Shown: positions 44,625 to 53,770 of the stretch, in pieces
How the letters are laid out: every line of letters begins with the position of its first letter
Numbering within the stretch: position 1 is the stretch's first letter
Assembly (NCBI GenBank): GCA_018897195.1
Contig: JAHILH010000001.1
Coordinates: forward strand, 92,565 to 156,564
DNA: 64,000 nucleotides
Reading direction: 5' to 3'
From: Patescibacteria group bacterium
Lineage (GTDB): Bacteria; Patescibacteriota; Patescibacteriia; Patescibacteriales; UBA12075
Translations under genes and position numbers: made by a program
Notes under the pieces: model-generated
Told to the model about the DNA's origin: nothing
The model's input: the letters and a program-made list of their open reading frames with translations, nothing else
Databases searched by the model: none

Positions 44625-45305
44625 ATGAATCAATTTGAACAATATCTAGAAAATCTGGGCAAACATGAAGATGAAAAGAGTAAATCCCTTTTAGATTCGA
44701 GGGGTTTGATTTTGGTTAATGCGGGTATTCATTTAAATAGAATTGGTGACTATATAGCTAATCCAAAAATTAAGTATAAAAAAATAAGAATACCAATGGA
44801 GAAGATTTTGTTTACTGGCACAGAGCCAGATTGGAATAAAATTTTGATTGAAAAATGTCATAGACGGGTCGATGAATTTAAAACATTAGTGGCCAAGGAC
44901 GATAGAATACGGAAGAAGATGGAATCAGAGGCTTCTTTTGGGAATGAGACAATTCTATTACGAGAATCTAACGAGGCGGGCTATTATTTAGTTTTTGATG
45001 GCATGCATAGATTTGTTGGTGCAGTTCTTAAAAATAAAAAAAATATTTTGGCATACGTGCCGATTAACGAAAAAAAGCATCTTCCAATCTGTGAGGCGCA
45101 TGTTGTCTACGATTTAATTCGCAGCTTTCAGCGTGTTAAAAAAGATAAGATTAGTAAACAGGAATTGTATTGCGCATTAAGGTTGTTAGCCAGAACGTAT
45201 GAGAATGTAATTGGATTATTAGAAAAAAGATTTGATTTTAAAAACCTTCCAGATGAGGATGTTCAGGAAATAATCAAGAAGGTCGTTGAAAGTGTTAAAA
45301 AATAA
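44625..45305 (+). CDS. ParB/sulfiredoxin-like domain protein
   Basis: YYLVFDGMHRFVGAV matches the DGxHR core of ParB-like nuclease domains; remainder unknown. Confidence 0.4.
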   Translation: MNQFEQYLENLGKHEDEKSKSLLDSRGLILVNAGIHLNRIGDYIANPKIKYKKIRIPMEKILFTGTEPDWNKILIEKCHRRVDEFKTLVAKDDRIRKKMESEASFGNETILLRESNEAGYYLVFDGMHRFVGAVLKNKKNILAYVPINEKKHLPICEAHVVYDLIRSFQRVKKDKISKQELYCALRLLARTYENVIGLLEKRFDFKNLPDEDVQEIIKKVVESVKK

Positions 45306-45316
45306 TATAAAAAAAT

Positions 45317-45721
45317 ATGAAGCAAGTCCATCCAGCTGTTAAGGCGATAATACAACGAGGTGATAAATTTCTTGTGATTAAGCAAGAATTTAACGATAAG
45401 GCCGTCTGGGATTTGCCAGGTGGTAGGGTTGAATTTGGCGAATCTCCGTATGACACGTTGGTGCGCGAGATTGACGAAGAGGTTCATCTTTCTATTAATA
45501 TCATTAAACCACTTGGATTTTTCTGGTTTTTTAGACATGATGGCGATCAAGTTGTTTGCACGACGTTTTTGTGTACTGCTGATGACTATGAGATTGATTT
45601 GACGAAAAACCCTGCTGATGAAAATATTACTGAATATAAGTGGGTGACAAAAGATGAATTTCTTGGCGATGAGTATGTGGTTATGCATGAGAGCATGAAG
45701 AAGCTTGTAACTTTGCTATAG
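45317..45721 (+). CDS. NUDIX hydrolase
   Basis: Nudix box GGRVEFGESPYDTLVREIDEEVHL. Confidence 0.88.
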   Translation: MKQVHPAVKAIIQRGDKFLVIKQEFNDKAVWDLPGGRVEFGESPYDTLVREIDEEVHLSINIIKPLGFFWFFRHDGDQVVCTTFLCTADDYEIDLTKNPADENITEYKWVTKDEFLGDEYVVMHESMKKLVTLL

Positions 45722-45754
45722 CGGAGAGACTCTGACGGAATCAAAGGCAAACTA

Positions 45755-45783
45755 TTGACAAAATAAGCATATTGATGTATGAT
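45755..45783 (+). promoter_or_regulatory. promoter for ORF 45853
   Basis: TTGACA (45755-60), 17 nt, TATGAT (45778-83) preceded by TG. Confidence 0.55.
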
Positions 45784-45852
45784 AATATGATTAAATTTAA
45801 TAAATAAATTTATTTAGTTCTTTCGGATTTTAAAATATGAGGAGGTGTGTTA

Positions 45853-46149
45853 ATGCAAAATTTGCTTGATTCCGTGGAGGGGAACTTAGTTCCGTATTCG
45901 GGAGTATTGGGAAAATTGATGTTAATCTTTGGTTTGGGTTTAAGTAGTATCGGTTTTCCATATCAGGTTTATAGAAATTACATAGACCACGTCTGCGGTA
46001 TTAGTATTATTGTTATTGTCTTGGCTATAATGCTCCTTCTAATAAGGATTCCTTATAGCCTGAGCAAGAGAGCATGGCACATGATACCATCTGACTTAGT
46101 TGGTTTAATTGCAACAATTGCTCTGATGTGGCAATGGTTTGTTTATTAA
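45853..46149 (+). CDS. small 3-TM membrane protein, possible PQ-loop/SemiSWEET-like
   Basis: Start moved to ATG 45853 (SD GGAGG 7 nt upstream). FPYQVYRNY...GIS loosely resembles the PQ motif. Confidence 0.35.
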   Translation: MQNLLDSVEGNLVPYSGVLGKLMLIFGLGLSSIGFPYQVYRNYIDHVCGISIIVIVLAIMLLLIRIPYSLSKRAWHMIPSDLVGLIATIALMWQWFVY

Positions 46150-46182
46150 TAATTAGTGAATAAAAGCTAAACAGCTTTCAAT

Positions 46183-46210
46183 GGGAGAACATTTACGTTC
46201 TCCTTTTTTA
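46183..46210 (+). terminator. intrinsic terminator after ORF 45853
   Basis: GGAGAAC-atttac-GTTCTCC followed by T6. Confidence 0.8.
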
Positions 46211-46343
46211 TTGTTTAATTTTGGTGAAAGATGTTGTTAACGTGTGTGCATTGGTTTTTAAAAATAGATATTTGCCGGAAGAATATTTGTTTAAAAATGT
46301 TGTTAAAAAGTGGTTGGATCGAAAGCTTAAGGATTTGAAGAAA

Positions 46344-46376
46344 TAAAAAATAAGGCAATCGATTTTGATTGCCTTA
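46344..46376 (-). terminator. intrinsic terminator of the minus-strand two-gene operon
   Basis: AAGGCAATC / GATTGCCTT stem, followed by a T-run on the minus strand. Confidence 0.75.
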
Positions 46377-46389
46377 TTGTGAGATGACG

Positions 46390-46704
46390 CTACAGTCTTT
46401 TCGCAAAATATGCAGTTGCCAATTTCATGGCGAGAATATCTTGGTTGACTTCTCCCGTGTCTTGATCGGTCGCATCTTGAAGGGCGGCCGCTTCCCGACA
46501 GGCGAGAGGAGTGGAGTTTGCAAGGTATACCGCTCGTTCTGGCGTTATTCCTTCTTCAACCACTCTTTGATGACTTTTAATGTCGTCGGTGTACCATTGG
46601 TCGAAATATTTCTTGGAGGGAAAACTCGTCCATGTGATGACACCTTCGTATCCTCCTGCTTCTTTGGTGAATGCAAAAGCTACATTATAATTATTTTTCT
46701 TCAT
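46390..46704 (-). CDS. hypothetical protein (104 aa)
   Basis: SD GGAGGAG 6 nt upstream of the ATG; coding-like composition; no family recognised. Confidence 0.5.
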   Translation of the reverse strand: MKKNNYNVAFAFTKEAGGYEGVITWTSFPSKKYFDQWYTDDIKSHQRVVEEGITPERAVYLANSTPLACREAAALQDATDQDTGEVNQDILAMKLATAYFAKRL

Positions 46705-46761
46705 ACCGTGCTCCTCCTCTTTATTCGCGATTGTTGATGTGTGCTTTATTATTTATTCTCA

Positions 46762-47019
46762 TCATGACCTAAGAATTGAACCGCCAGAACCATCGGTTAA
46801 AAGAGGGTCTCCCGTGCTTGTTAGCTCGTTGATCAGTTGACCCATTGATTTTACTGTTCCAAGTTTTCCCGTACTGCTCAGGGTCATCACGCAGGCCAGT
46901 GTTGCTGAGGGCTTTGTGGATAATACATACATGTCAGCTTGCAGTAATCGACAAAATAGAAGGCCAAGAATACGAAGGTCTTCAGCATTTTCTTCTACGA
47001 ATTTTGCAGTATTATTCAT
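46762..47019 (-). CDS. hypothetical protein (85 aa)
   Basis: SD GGGAGG 8 nt upstream of the ATG; co-oriented with ORF 46390-46704. Confidence 0.45.
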   Translation of the reverse strand: MNNTAKFVEENAEDLRILGLLFCRLLQADMYVLSTKPSATLACVMTLSSTGKLGTVKSMGQLINELTSTGDPLLTDGSGGSILRS

Positions 47020-47201
47020 GGTTATAGCCTCCCTTGGTATTATTGTGTAGTAAATTTTGTGATATCTAATATTTTAATGAACTGTGTTTGTTGAAATAAT
47101 ATATATCAACAATTAGGCTAACTTAGCATTATTTTTAGTAAAAGTCAATATTTGCTTAATTTTTCCGCAATAACGAAAATTAGATAATATTTCTCAATAA
47201 A

Positions 47202-47228
47202 TTAGCACTCTTGACACACGAGTGCTAA
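47202..47228 (+). promoter_or_regulatory. CIRCE operator (HrcA binding site)
   Basis: Perfect TTAGCACTC-N9-GAGTGCTAA inverted repeat. Confidence 0.92.
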
Positions 47229-47240
47229 TTTTGATATAAT
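47211..47240 (+). promoter_or_regulatory. hrcA operon promoter embedded in CIRCE
   Basis: TTGACA (47211-16) lies in the CIRCE spacer; 18 nt; extended -10 TGaTATAAT (47232-40). ATG at 47247 implies a leaderless or near-leaderless mRNA. Confidence 0.65.
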
Positions 47241-47246
47241 GGTTTT

Positions 47247-47960
47247 ATGGATCAGAGAAAAGAGAAAATTTTGCTAACTATCATCAAGGAACACATCAAA
47301 ACTGGGGTGCCGGTTGGTTCGACTGGGCTTGTGGAAAAGTACGACCTGGGGGTGTCTTCGGCGACGATTCGGAATGAGATGGCTGACCTTGAAGAGGATG
47401 GTTATATCATGCAACCACATACTTCAGCAGGGCGAATTCCCACTGAGAAGGCTTATGATTTCTTTTTGGAGGATTTGAAGCCGAAGAAGGTGAGTGATAA
47501 TATCGTATCTTTATTGAAGGAGTTGTTGCGCGAAAAGGAAGAGGCGGATTTTAAGAAAGTGGCAAAGGCTTTGTCGGAGATGACGAACTCGGCTGTGTTC
47601 TGGGCTTTTCATAAACACAATCTGTATTACACGGGAATTTCTAATCTTTTTAAACAACCGGAATTTTTGTCGATTAACTCCAAGATGCCGACGGATCGTA
47701 ATTATGAATTAATTTACGATATTTCTTCAGTAATTGACCGAATGGAAGATATTATTGATGATATTTTTGAAAAGATAAATGAGGGGGAAAATATTTGGTT
47801 GGGCTCGAAAAATCCGTTTGGTAATTTTTGCGGTTCAATTGTTATTAAATATAAGCTAAAAGATAGGGTGGGCGTATTTGGACTTCTCGGGCCGATGCGA
47901 ATGGATTATGAAAAAAACATTGCCATTATGCGACACATCGAAAAACTAATTAATAGTTAA
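47247..47960 (+). CDS. hrcA: heat-inducible repressor HrcA (short 237-aa form)
   Basis: wHTH ...VGSTGLVEKYDLGVSSATIRNEMADLEEDGYIMQPHTSAGRIPT; precedes grpE. Confidence 0.82.
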   Translation: MDQRKEKILLTIIKEHIKTGVPVGSTGLVEKYDLGVSSATIRNEMADLEEDGYIMQPHTSAGRIPTEKAYDFFLEDLKPKKVSDNIVSLLKELLREKEEADFKKVAKALSEMTNSAVFWAFHKHNLYYTGISNLFKQPEFLSINSKMPTDRNYELIYDISSVIDRMEDIIDDIFEKINEGENIWLGSKNPFGNFCGSIVIKYKLKDRVGVFGLLGPMRMDYEKNIAIMRHIEKLINS

Positions 47961-48005
47961 TTAGTCATTAATTAAATCTTAATTAAAATATTATAATATA
48001 TAAGT

Positions 48006-48533
48006 ATGAAGAAAGAAGAAAAAAAAGACCATAACAAAGAGGAAGAAATTGAAAATGAAGAGGTGAAAGGTGCTACTGATGCGCAAGAAGAAGCCACTCC
48101 AACCGAAGAGGTAAAGAGTAGATGTGAAAATTGCGATGAGTCGGACAATAAATATAAAAGAGCTTTAGCGGATTATCAGAATTTATTAAAAAGAACCGCA
48201 AAAGAAAAAGAAGATTTTTTCAAATATTCTAACGAACAGTTGATTGTTGAAATGATTCCAGTCTATGACAACCTAAAAACATCTCTTGAACACACTGATG
48301 AACAGATTGAAAAGAGCGCCTGGTTAGAGGGTGTGAAATATGTTTTAAAGCAATTCAAAGGTATTTTAGAAGGTGTGGGTGTAGAGGAAATAAAAACTGT
48401 TGGTGAAAAATTTGATCATAATACCATGGATGCGATTGACGGTACTGGGGACAAGGTGATCAAAGAAGGGAAGCCGGGATATAAGTTAAATGGAAAAGTG
48501 ATAATTCCAGCACGGGTGATATTGGGAGAATAA
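48006..48533 (+). CDS. grpE: nucleotide exchange factor GrpE
   Basis: YKRALADYQNLLKR ... FDHNTMDAI pattern; position between hrcA and dnaK. Confidence 0.88.
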   Translation: MKKEEKKDHNKEEEIENEEVKGATDAQEEATPTEEVKSRCENCDESDNKYKRALADYQNLLKRTAKEKEDFFKYSNEQLIVEMIPVYDNLKTSLEHTDEQIEKSAWLEGVKYVLKQFKGILEGVGVEEIKTVGEKFDHNTMDAIDGTGDKVIKEGKPGYKLNGKVIIPARVILGE

Positions 48534-48619
48534 TATATAATAAATATTTAATTAATAATCTGATGATGTTTATTAAACAAATGCTGATTTGTTTGTGAGA
48601 CGTCAAAGGACAAAATCGT

Positions 48620-49048
48620 ATGGCTTTGATCAAATGGACCCCATTTCTTGAACCATTCGAAGAAATGGATAAGATGTTGTCGGATTTTGCTCCGACTATT
48701 CATCGACAAGGTGGCTATGTGCCGGCAGTTGATATGTATGAAGACAAGGACAACGTAATTGTGGAGACGCAGTTAGCGGGTATCGATCCTGACGGGGTAA
48801 GCATCTCGATTGAAAATGATGTTTTGACGATTAAGGGTGAAAGTGAGAAGAAGAGTGAAGTGGAAGAGAAGAACTATTACAAAAAAGAAATCAGACGCGG
48901 TAGTTTTTATCGCAGCATTCAATTGCCAACTCATGTAAGCGGTGATGCGGCGAAGGCGATTGCCGAGGATGGAGTTTTGAAAATCACAATTCCAAAATCT
49001 GAAGGTGCAAAACCTAGAACTATCAAGATTGAAACCAAGAAAAAATAA
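48620..49048 (+). CDS. small heat-shock protein (Hsp20/alpha-crystallin)
   Basis: PAVDMYEDKDNVIVETQLAGI ... GVLKITIPK alpha-crystallin domain. Confidence 0.9.
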   Translation: MALIKWTPFLEPFEEMDKMLSDFAPTIHRQGGYVPAVDMYEDKDNVIVETQLAGIDPDGVSISIENDVLTIKGESEKKSEVEEKNYYKKEIRRGSFYRSIQLPTHVSGDAAKAIAEDGVLKITIPKSEGAKPRTIKIETKKK

Positions 49049-49173
49049 TTGTTTTTTCATTATGTTGCTTCATTTAATTAATGAAGCAATGAGATGATAA
49101 AGTAATATTTACAATTTATTTAATCAGGTAAGGTATGAGATTATGTATTTCATGCTTTTGCCTAAATGTTATT

Positions 49174-50067
49174 ATGAGTCAAACAAATGAAGACCTTAAA
49201 GTTAGTGTTACCAACGAGGGTGGTGAGAAGCGCGGACGTAAACCTAAAAAAAGGATTGAGGCAGAGAGAATGGATCAAATTGAAAGACCGAAGGCGAGAG
49301 TGCCAAAAGAAGGTATGAAAATGACAGTGATTTCCGTTGTGATTACGGCGATTGTTGTGGGCGGCGGCCTGTATGCTTGGCAAAGAGAAAAAATTAATAG
49401 CACTGTGAATAGCATTACAGAAGAAGCAAGAAATACTAGAGTTGATTTAGAAAAGAAATTAACCAATATTAAAGACAAGGCACAGGGGCTACAGACAGAG
49501 GTGGAGGAATTGAAAAGTAAAAATGAAAAATTGTCAGAAGCTGAGGCTTTATTGGCTAATGCCAAGATTGAATTTAACAATACTGAGCTAGGAATCAAAT
49601 TCGAATATCCAGCTAGTCTGGGCGAAGCTAAGATAACGATTGAGAATGGTGAGGGTGGCAAAACCATCAAGGGCACATTTAGTAAAAATGATAAATTGGT
49701 ATTTGGTGGTGTGAGTAAGAATTATCAAAAACAAGGATCTTCAACTGTTACTGAGCTCTTAGATTTTCAGGGCTATAAAGATGTGAAGAAAACGGTTTAC
49801 TTCTTGGCACCTAGCTCCAATGTTGATGGTTATGAAATGACTACAGCGGGAGAAGTGGTGACCGGCAAGGGCAAGGCCTTCTTATTGAATGATAAGAGTT
49901 TTGCAATGAAAGCATCAAGTACAGAAGCTGTGGTAAATATTGGTCAGAATTTGGCGGCTGTGGTGAACATTACCAATCCTGATTTTGGTGGCATTATTTT
50001 CGTAAATTCTGATTTTGGAATGATGAGCGTTGATAACTTTAAGAAGTTGATTGGTTCAATAAAATAA
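49174..50067 (+). CDS. membrane-anchored coiled-coil protein, unknown function
   Basis: Start moved to ATG 49174; TM MTVISVVITAIVVGGGLYAW then coiled coil; inserted between hsp20 and dnaK. Confidence 0.4.
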   Translation: MSQTNEDLKVSVTNEGGEKRGRKPKKRIEAERMDQIERPKARVPKEGMKMTVISVVITAIVVGGGLYAWQREKINSTVNSITEEARNTRVDLEKKLTNIKDKAQGLQTEVEELKSKNEKLSEAEALLANAKIEFNNTELGIKFEYPASLGEAKITIENGEGGKTIKGTFSKNDKLVFGGVSKNYQKQGSSTVTELLDFQGYKDVKKTVYFLAPSSNVDGYEMTTAGEVVTGKGKAFLLNDKSFAMKASSTEAVVNIGQNLAAVVNITNPDFGGIIFVNSDFGMMSVDNFKKLIGSIK

Positions 50068-50145
50068 GATTGAAAAATTATTAATTTAATTACATAATAG
50101 TGCCTTGTTTAGGACATTGTGCTTTATGCGATATATAAAATATTT

Positions 50146-52038
50146 ATGAGTAAGATACTTGGTATCGACCTTGGTACAACTAATTGTGCGATGTCGATCA
50201 TGGAGGGTGGACAGCCGAAAATTTTAGAGAATGCTGAGGGTAATAGAACAACACCATCAGTGGTAGCTATTTCAAAAAATGGCGAAAGACTAGTTGGTCA
50301 AACTGCAAAAAGACAATCTGTAACTAATCCAGAAAACACTGTTTATGCAGTAAAACGTTTGATTGGTCGTCATTTTAATGACAATGAAGTGCAAAGAGAT
50401 ATTAACACTGTGCCTTACAAGATTGTAAAGAGTGGCGAGGGTGTGGCCGTACACATGGGCGACAAAGATTATTCTCCGCAAGAAGTTTCAGCGATGATTT
50501 TGTCAAAATTGAAAGCTGATGCAGAAGCAAGAATTGGTGAAAAAATTACTGAAGCGGTTATTACCGTGCCGGCATATTTTAATGATTCACAAAGACAAGC
50601 AACTAAGGATGCGGGTAAAATTGCCGGTCTAGATGTAAAGCGTATTATCAACGAACCGACAGCAGCAGCTTTGGCCTATGGCTTTGACAAGAAAAAAGGC
50701 CAGAAGATTGCGGTATATGATCTTGGTGGTGGTACTTTTGATATTTCTGTTTTGGAAATCAGTGAAGATACGGTTGAGGTAAAATCAACCAACGGTGATA
50801 CTCATCTTGGTGGTGAAGATTTTGACCAAGTTTTGATTAAGTGGATTATTGAAGATTTCAAAAAAGAAAATGGCATTGACTTATCAAAAGACAATTTGCC
50901 GTTGCAAAGAATTAAGGAGGCTGCTGAGAAAGCGAAGATTGAGTTATCAACGATGATGGAAACCGAAATCAACCAACCGTTTATTACGACGGGCGAAAAC
51001 GGTCCATTGCATTTGGTTAAGAAAATTACTCGGGCAAAATTTGAAGAGTTGGTTGGCGACTTGGTTGAAAAGACTTTGGAACCAGTGCGAGCCGCTTTGA
51101 AAGATTCTGGCTTGACTGTAAACGATATTGAAGAAGTGGTGATGGTGGGTGGTATGACTAGAATGCCTTTGGTATTAGCGAAGGTGAAAGAATTTTTTGG
51201 CAAAGAACCGCATTTGGGTGTAAATCCTGACGAGGTGGTAGCGGCTGGTGCGGCGGTGCAAGCTGGTGTATTACAAGGTGATGTAAAAGATTTATTACTT
51301 TTGGATGTAACACCTTTAACATTGGGTATTGAAACAATGGGTGGTGTATCCACTGCCTTGATTGATAGAAACACAACTATCCCAGCTTCAAAATCTCAAA
51401 TTTTCTCCACTGCGGCTGACAATCAACCGGGTGTAGAGATTCACATTTTACAAGGTGAGCGCTCAATGGCGGCTGATAACAAGACTTTGGGTAGATTTAT
51501 GTTGGATGGTATTCCACCAGCTCCACGTGGTGTGCCCCAAGTTGAAGTAACTTTTGATATTGATGCGAATGGTATTTTGCACGTGAAAGCACAAGATAAG
51601 GCAACTGGTAAAGAGCAAAAGATTACCATTACTTCATCATCAGGACTTGATGAAAAAGAAATTGAGAAGATGAAAAAAGATGCGGAGATGCATGCCGAAG
51701 AAGATAAGAAAAAGAAAGATAGCGTGGAGGCAAAAAATCACGCTGAGTCTGTAATTTTCTCTACGGAAAAATTAATCAAAGAATCTGGCGATAAAATGAG
51801 CGAGGCGGACAAAAAAGAGTTGGAAGAGAAATTGGAAGAATTAAAGAAAGTAAAAGATTCAACTGATTCTGAAGATATTAAGAAAAAGATGGAGGATGTA
51901 AATGTAATTGCGCAAAAAATTGGCACAGCAATGTACCAAAACGCGCAAAGCGAGCAAACAGCTCAACCGGGTGCGGAAGGTGAAGAAAAGAAAGACGGCG
52001 ACAATGTCGTTGAAGGTGAGGTTGAAGAGAAGAAGTAA
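50146..52038 (+). CDS. dnaK: chaperone DnaK (Hsp70)
   Basis: Start moved to ATG 50146 ([13 protein letters not shown]); [19 protein letters not shown]-terminal EEKK tail. Confidence 0.95.
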   Translation: MSKILGIDLGTTNCAMSIMEGGQPKILENAEGNRTTPSVVAISKNGERLVGQTAKRQSVTNPENTVYAVKRLIGRHFNDNEVQRDINTVPYKIVKSGEGVAVHMGDKDYSPQEVSAMILSKLKADAEARIGEKITEAVITVPAYFNDSQRQATKDAGKIAGLDVKRIINEPTAAALAYGFDKKKGQKIAVYDLGGGTFDISVLEISEDTVEVKSTNGDTHLGGEDFDQVLIKWIIEDFKKENGIDLSKDNLPLQRIKEAAEKAKIELSTMMETEINQPFITTGENGPLHLVKKITRAKFEELVGDLVEKTLEPVRAALKDSGLTVNDIEEVVMVGGMTRMPLVLAKVKEFFGKEPHLGVNPDEVVAAGAAVQAGVLQGDVKDLLLLDVTPLTLGIETMGGVSTALIDRNTTIPASKSQIFSTAADNQPGVEIHILQGERSMAADNKTLGRFMLDGIPPAPRGVPQVEVTFDIDANGILHVKAQDKATGKEQKITITSSSGLDEKEIEKMKKDAEMHAEEDKKKKDSVEAKNHAESVIFSTEKLIKESGDKMSEADKKELEEKLEELKKVKDSTDSEDIKKKMEDVNVIAQKIGTAMYQNAQSEQTAQPGAEGEEKKDGDNVVEGEVEEKK

Positions 52039-52061
52039 ATAACTTTCTAAGTAGCTTCATA

Positions 52062-52089
52062 GACTGCCTATTGTGTTCAATAGGCAGTC
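52062..52089 (+). terminator. hairpin after dnaK (weak terminator or stabiliser)
   Basis: GACTGCCTATT-gtgttc-AATAGGCAGTC 11-bp stem; only a weak T-run follows. Confidence 0.45.
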
Positions 52090-52110
52090 GGTTGAATTTA
52101 TTTATTCCTT

Positions 52111-52303
52111 CGTCATTCCCGTCCCCAGTCAAGCTGAGGATAAACCTCCGGCGGGAATCCAGGCGCTACAGATTTTGAATATATAATTATAGAGACTAAT
52201 TTAAATAAAAAAATTGATAATAAAAAACTTTGTATATTTTAATTTTCCTTATACAGAAAACATTATACGAGGTGCCTGGATCCCCGCCTTCGCGGGGATG
52301 ACG
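52111..52303 (+). repeat. MITE-like element E5 (193 bp, variant left terminus)
   Basis: In the left hairpin the GCGAAG apex (distal G-C pair plus the GAAG loop) is replaced by TCCCCAGTCAAGCTGAGGATAAACCTCC. Core is nearly identical to E3 (TATAATTATAGAGAC). Right terminus is the TCCCCGC type. Confidence 0.85.
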
Positions 52304-52320
52304 GAATAAGAAAAAAAACA

Positions 52321-53394
52321 ATGTCAAAAGATTACTATAAAGTATTAGGTGTTGATAAGAATTCTAGCCAGGAAGATATTAAGAAAGCGTTTCGAAAAAA
52401 AGCGCACGAGTATCATCCTGATAAAAAGACTGGCGACGAAGCGAAGTTTAAGGAAATAAACGAGGCTTATCAGACGCTGGGCGATGAAAAGAAAAAATCA
52501 CAATATGACCAATTCGGTTCCGGTTATGAAAACATGCGCGGCGGACAAGGTGGCGGATTTGGCGGTTTTTCAGGTGGCGGATTTGGCGGTGTAGACATGG
52601 ATGACCTCGGCGATATGTTTGGTGGTTTTGGTGATATGTTTGGTTTTGGTGGTGGCGGTCGTCGACAACAAAGTCGTGGGGCAGATTTGCAGATGAATAT
52701 GACAATTGATTTTGCTGAAGCGGTTTTTGGGATTGATAAAGAAGTGCGGGTAAACAAAAAAGTGACCTGCAATCATTGTCATGGCAACATGGCCGAGCCT
52801 GGCAGTAAGGTAAACACCTGCTCAACTTGTCATGGTAGCGGTCGAGTGATGCGTGTGCAAAGAACTATTTTGGGTAATATTCAGATGCAAGCCACTTGTG
52901 ACCATTGTGGTGGCACAGGCAAAACTTATGAAAAAAAATGCACCAAATGCCATGGCGTGGGCGTTGTTAATGATAATGTAAATTTAAAGGTGCGTATTCC
53001 AGCTGGAATTAATGATGGCGAAACGATTAAATTATCAGGCCAAGGTGCGGCAGGAGAAGGTGGTACACCGAGTGGTGATTTATACTTGAATATTACCGTA
53101 AAAAGAGATAATCGTTTTCAAAGAGATGGCTATGATATTCATACAAAAATAGATATTAGCTTTACACAAGCAGCGCTAGGTGGTAAAATAGAGATAGAGA
53201 CAGTTCATGGCGTGGAGAGATTAAAAGTGCCAGCAGGAACGCAGTCGGACACGATTTTTAAGCTTAGAGGCAAGGGTGTGACGAAATTACGAGGTTCTGG
53301 GGTGGGTGATCATTTTGTGAAAGTGCACGTGAAGACTCCGACTAGTTTGTCACGAAAACAGAAAAGTCTTTTGGAGGAATTAGATAATGGTTAA
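52321..53394 (+). CDS. dnaJ: co-chaperone DnaJ
   Basis: J domain with HPD (EYHPDK), G/F region, four CxxCxGxG zinc motifs. Confidence 0.95.
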   Translation: MSKDYYKVLGVDKNSSQEDIKKAFRKKAHEYHPDKKTGDEAKFKEINEAYQTLGDEKKKSQYDQFGSGYENMRGGQGGGFGGFSGGGFGGVDMDDLGDMFGGFGDMFGFGGGGRRQQSRGADLQMNMTIDFAEAVFGIDKEVRVNKKVTCNHCHGNMAEPGSKVNTCSTCHGSGRVMRVQRTILGNIQMQATCDHCGGTGKTYEKKCTKCHGVGVVNDNVNLKVRIPAGINDGETIKLSGQGAAGEGGTPSGDLYLNITVKRDNRFQRDGYDIHTKIDISFTQAALGGKIEIETVHGVERLKVPAGTQSDTIFKLRGKGVTKLRGSGVGDHFVKVHVKTPTSLSRKQKSLLEELDNG

Positions 53395-53416
53395 ATATTG
53401 TAATTAAATTTAATTT

Positions 53417-53710
53417 ATGCCAATTTTTAGACAGGAAAATATTACCCCCGAAATGTTTAATAACGCCGTTGATAACATGAGCGAAGATGAGAAAATCGTT
53501 CCCGTTAATGATGGTGCTAGTAATTTAGTTGAAGATGATGATAATTCAGAAAAACAGTTGCGAGAAAAAATGATTACCGATGCTCGGGAGCTAGAAAGAG
53601 AGAATCTTATTATGTCTGGAGAAATAGCACCAGATTATCATCCAAATAGTAAAGATAATTGCTCTCATCGATATGGATGTGGAGAACAGTATAAGCCAAA
53701 AAATAGATAA
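53417..53710 (+). CDS. acidic hypothetical protein (97 aa)
   Basis: ORF followed by a terminator; no motif recognised. Confidence 0.35.
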   Translation: MPIFRQENITPEMFNNAVDNMSEDEKIVPVNDGASNLVEDDDNSEKQLREKMITDARELERENLIMSGEIAPDYHPNSKDNCSHRYGCGEQYKPKNR

Positions 53711-53739
53711 ACAAGTTAAAATATAGTTATTTTACGACA

Positions 53740-53770
53740 AAAATCATTGTTTAGACAGTGATTTTTTTTA
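53740..53770 (+). terminator. intrinsic terminator
   Basis: AATCATTG / CAGTGATT stem followed by T8. Confidence 0.75.

Noticed and set aside
46222-46343. Short + strand frame ending KKWLDRKLKDLKK as a real small gene
   Set aside because: It has no ATG with an RBS (only TTG/GVG candidates) and sits between two terminators. It is more consistent with a decayed gene fragment, so it is mentioned only as context in the 45.7-47.0 kb finding.
50802-51374. 190-aa minus-strand ORF inside dnaK, and similar antisense ORFs inside purL, lysA, dapL, mreB, dnaJ, murF, metG and iscS
   Set aside because: They lie wholly inside confidently identified genes on the opposite strand. They have low-complexity or repetitive composition and no start signals. 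They are typical shadow ORFs of GC3-skewed genes.
11323-52303. Whether the recurring GC-rich repeats form a CRISPR array
   Set aside because: The copies are 5-15 kb apart and each is a complete inverted-repeat element within a gene junction. There is no regular repeat-spacer periodicity, no leader and no cas genes.
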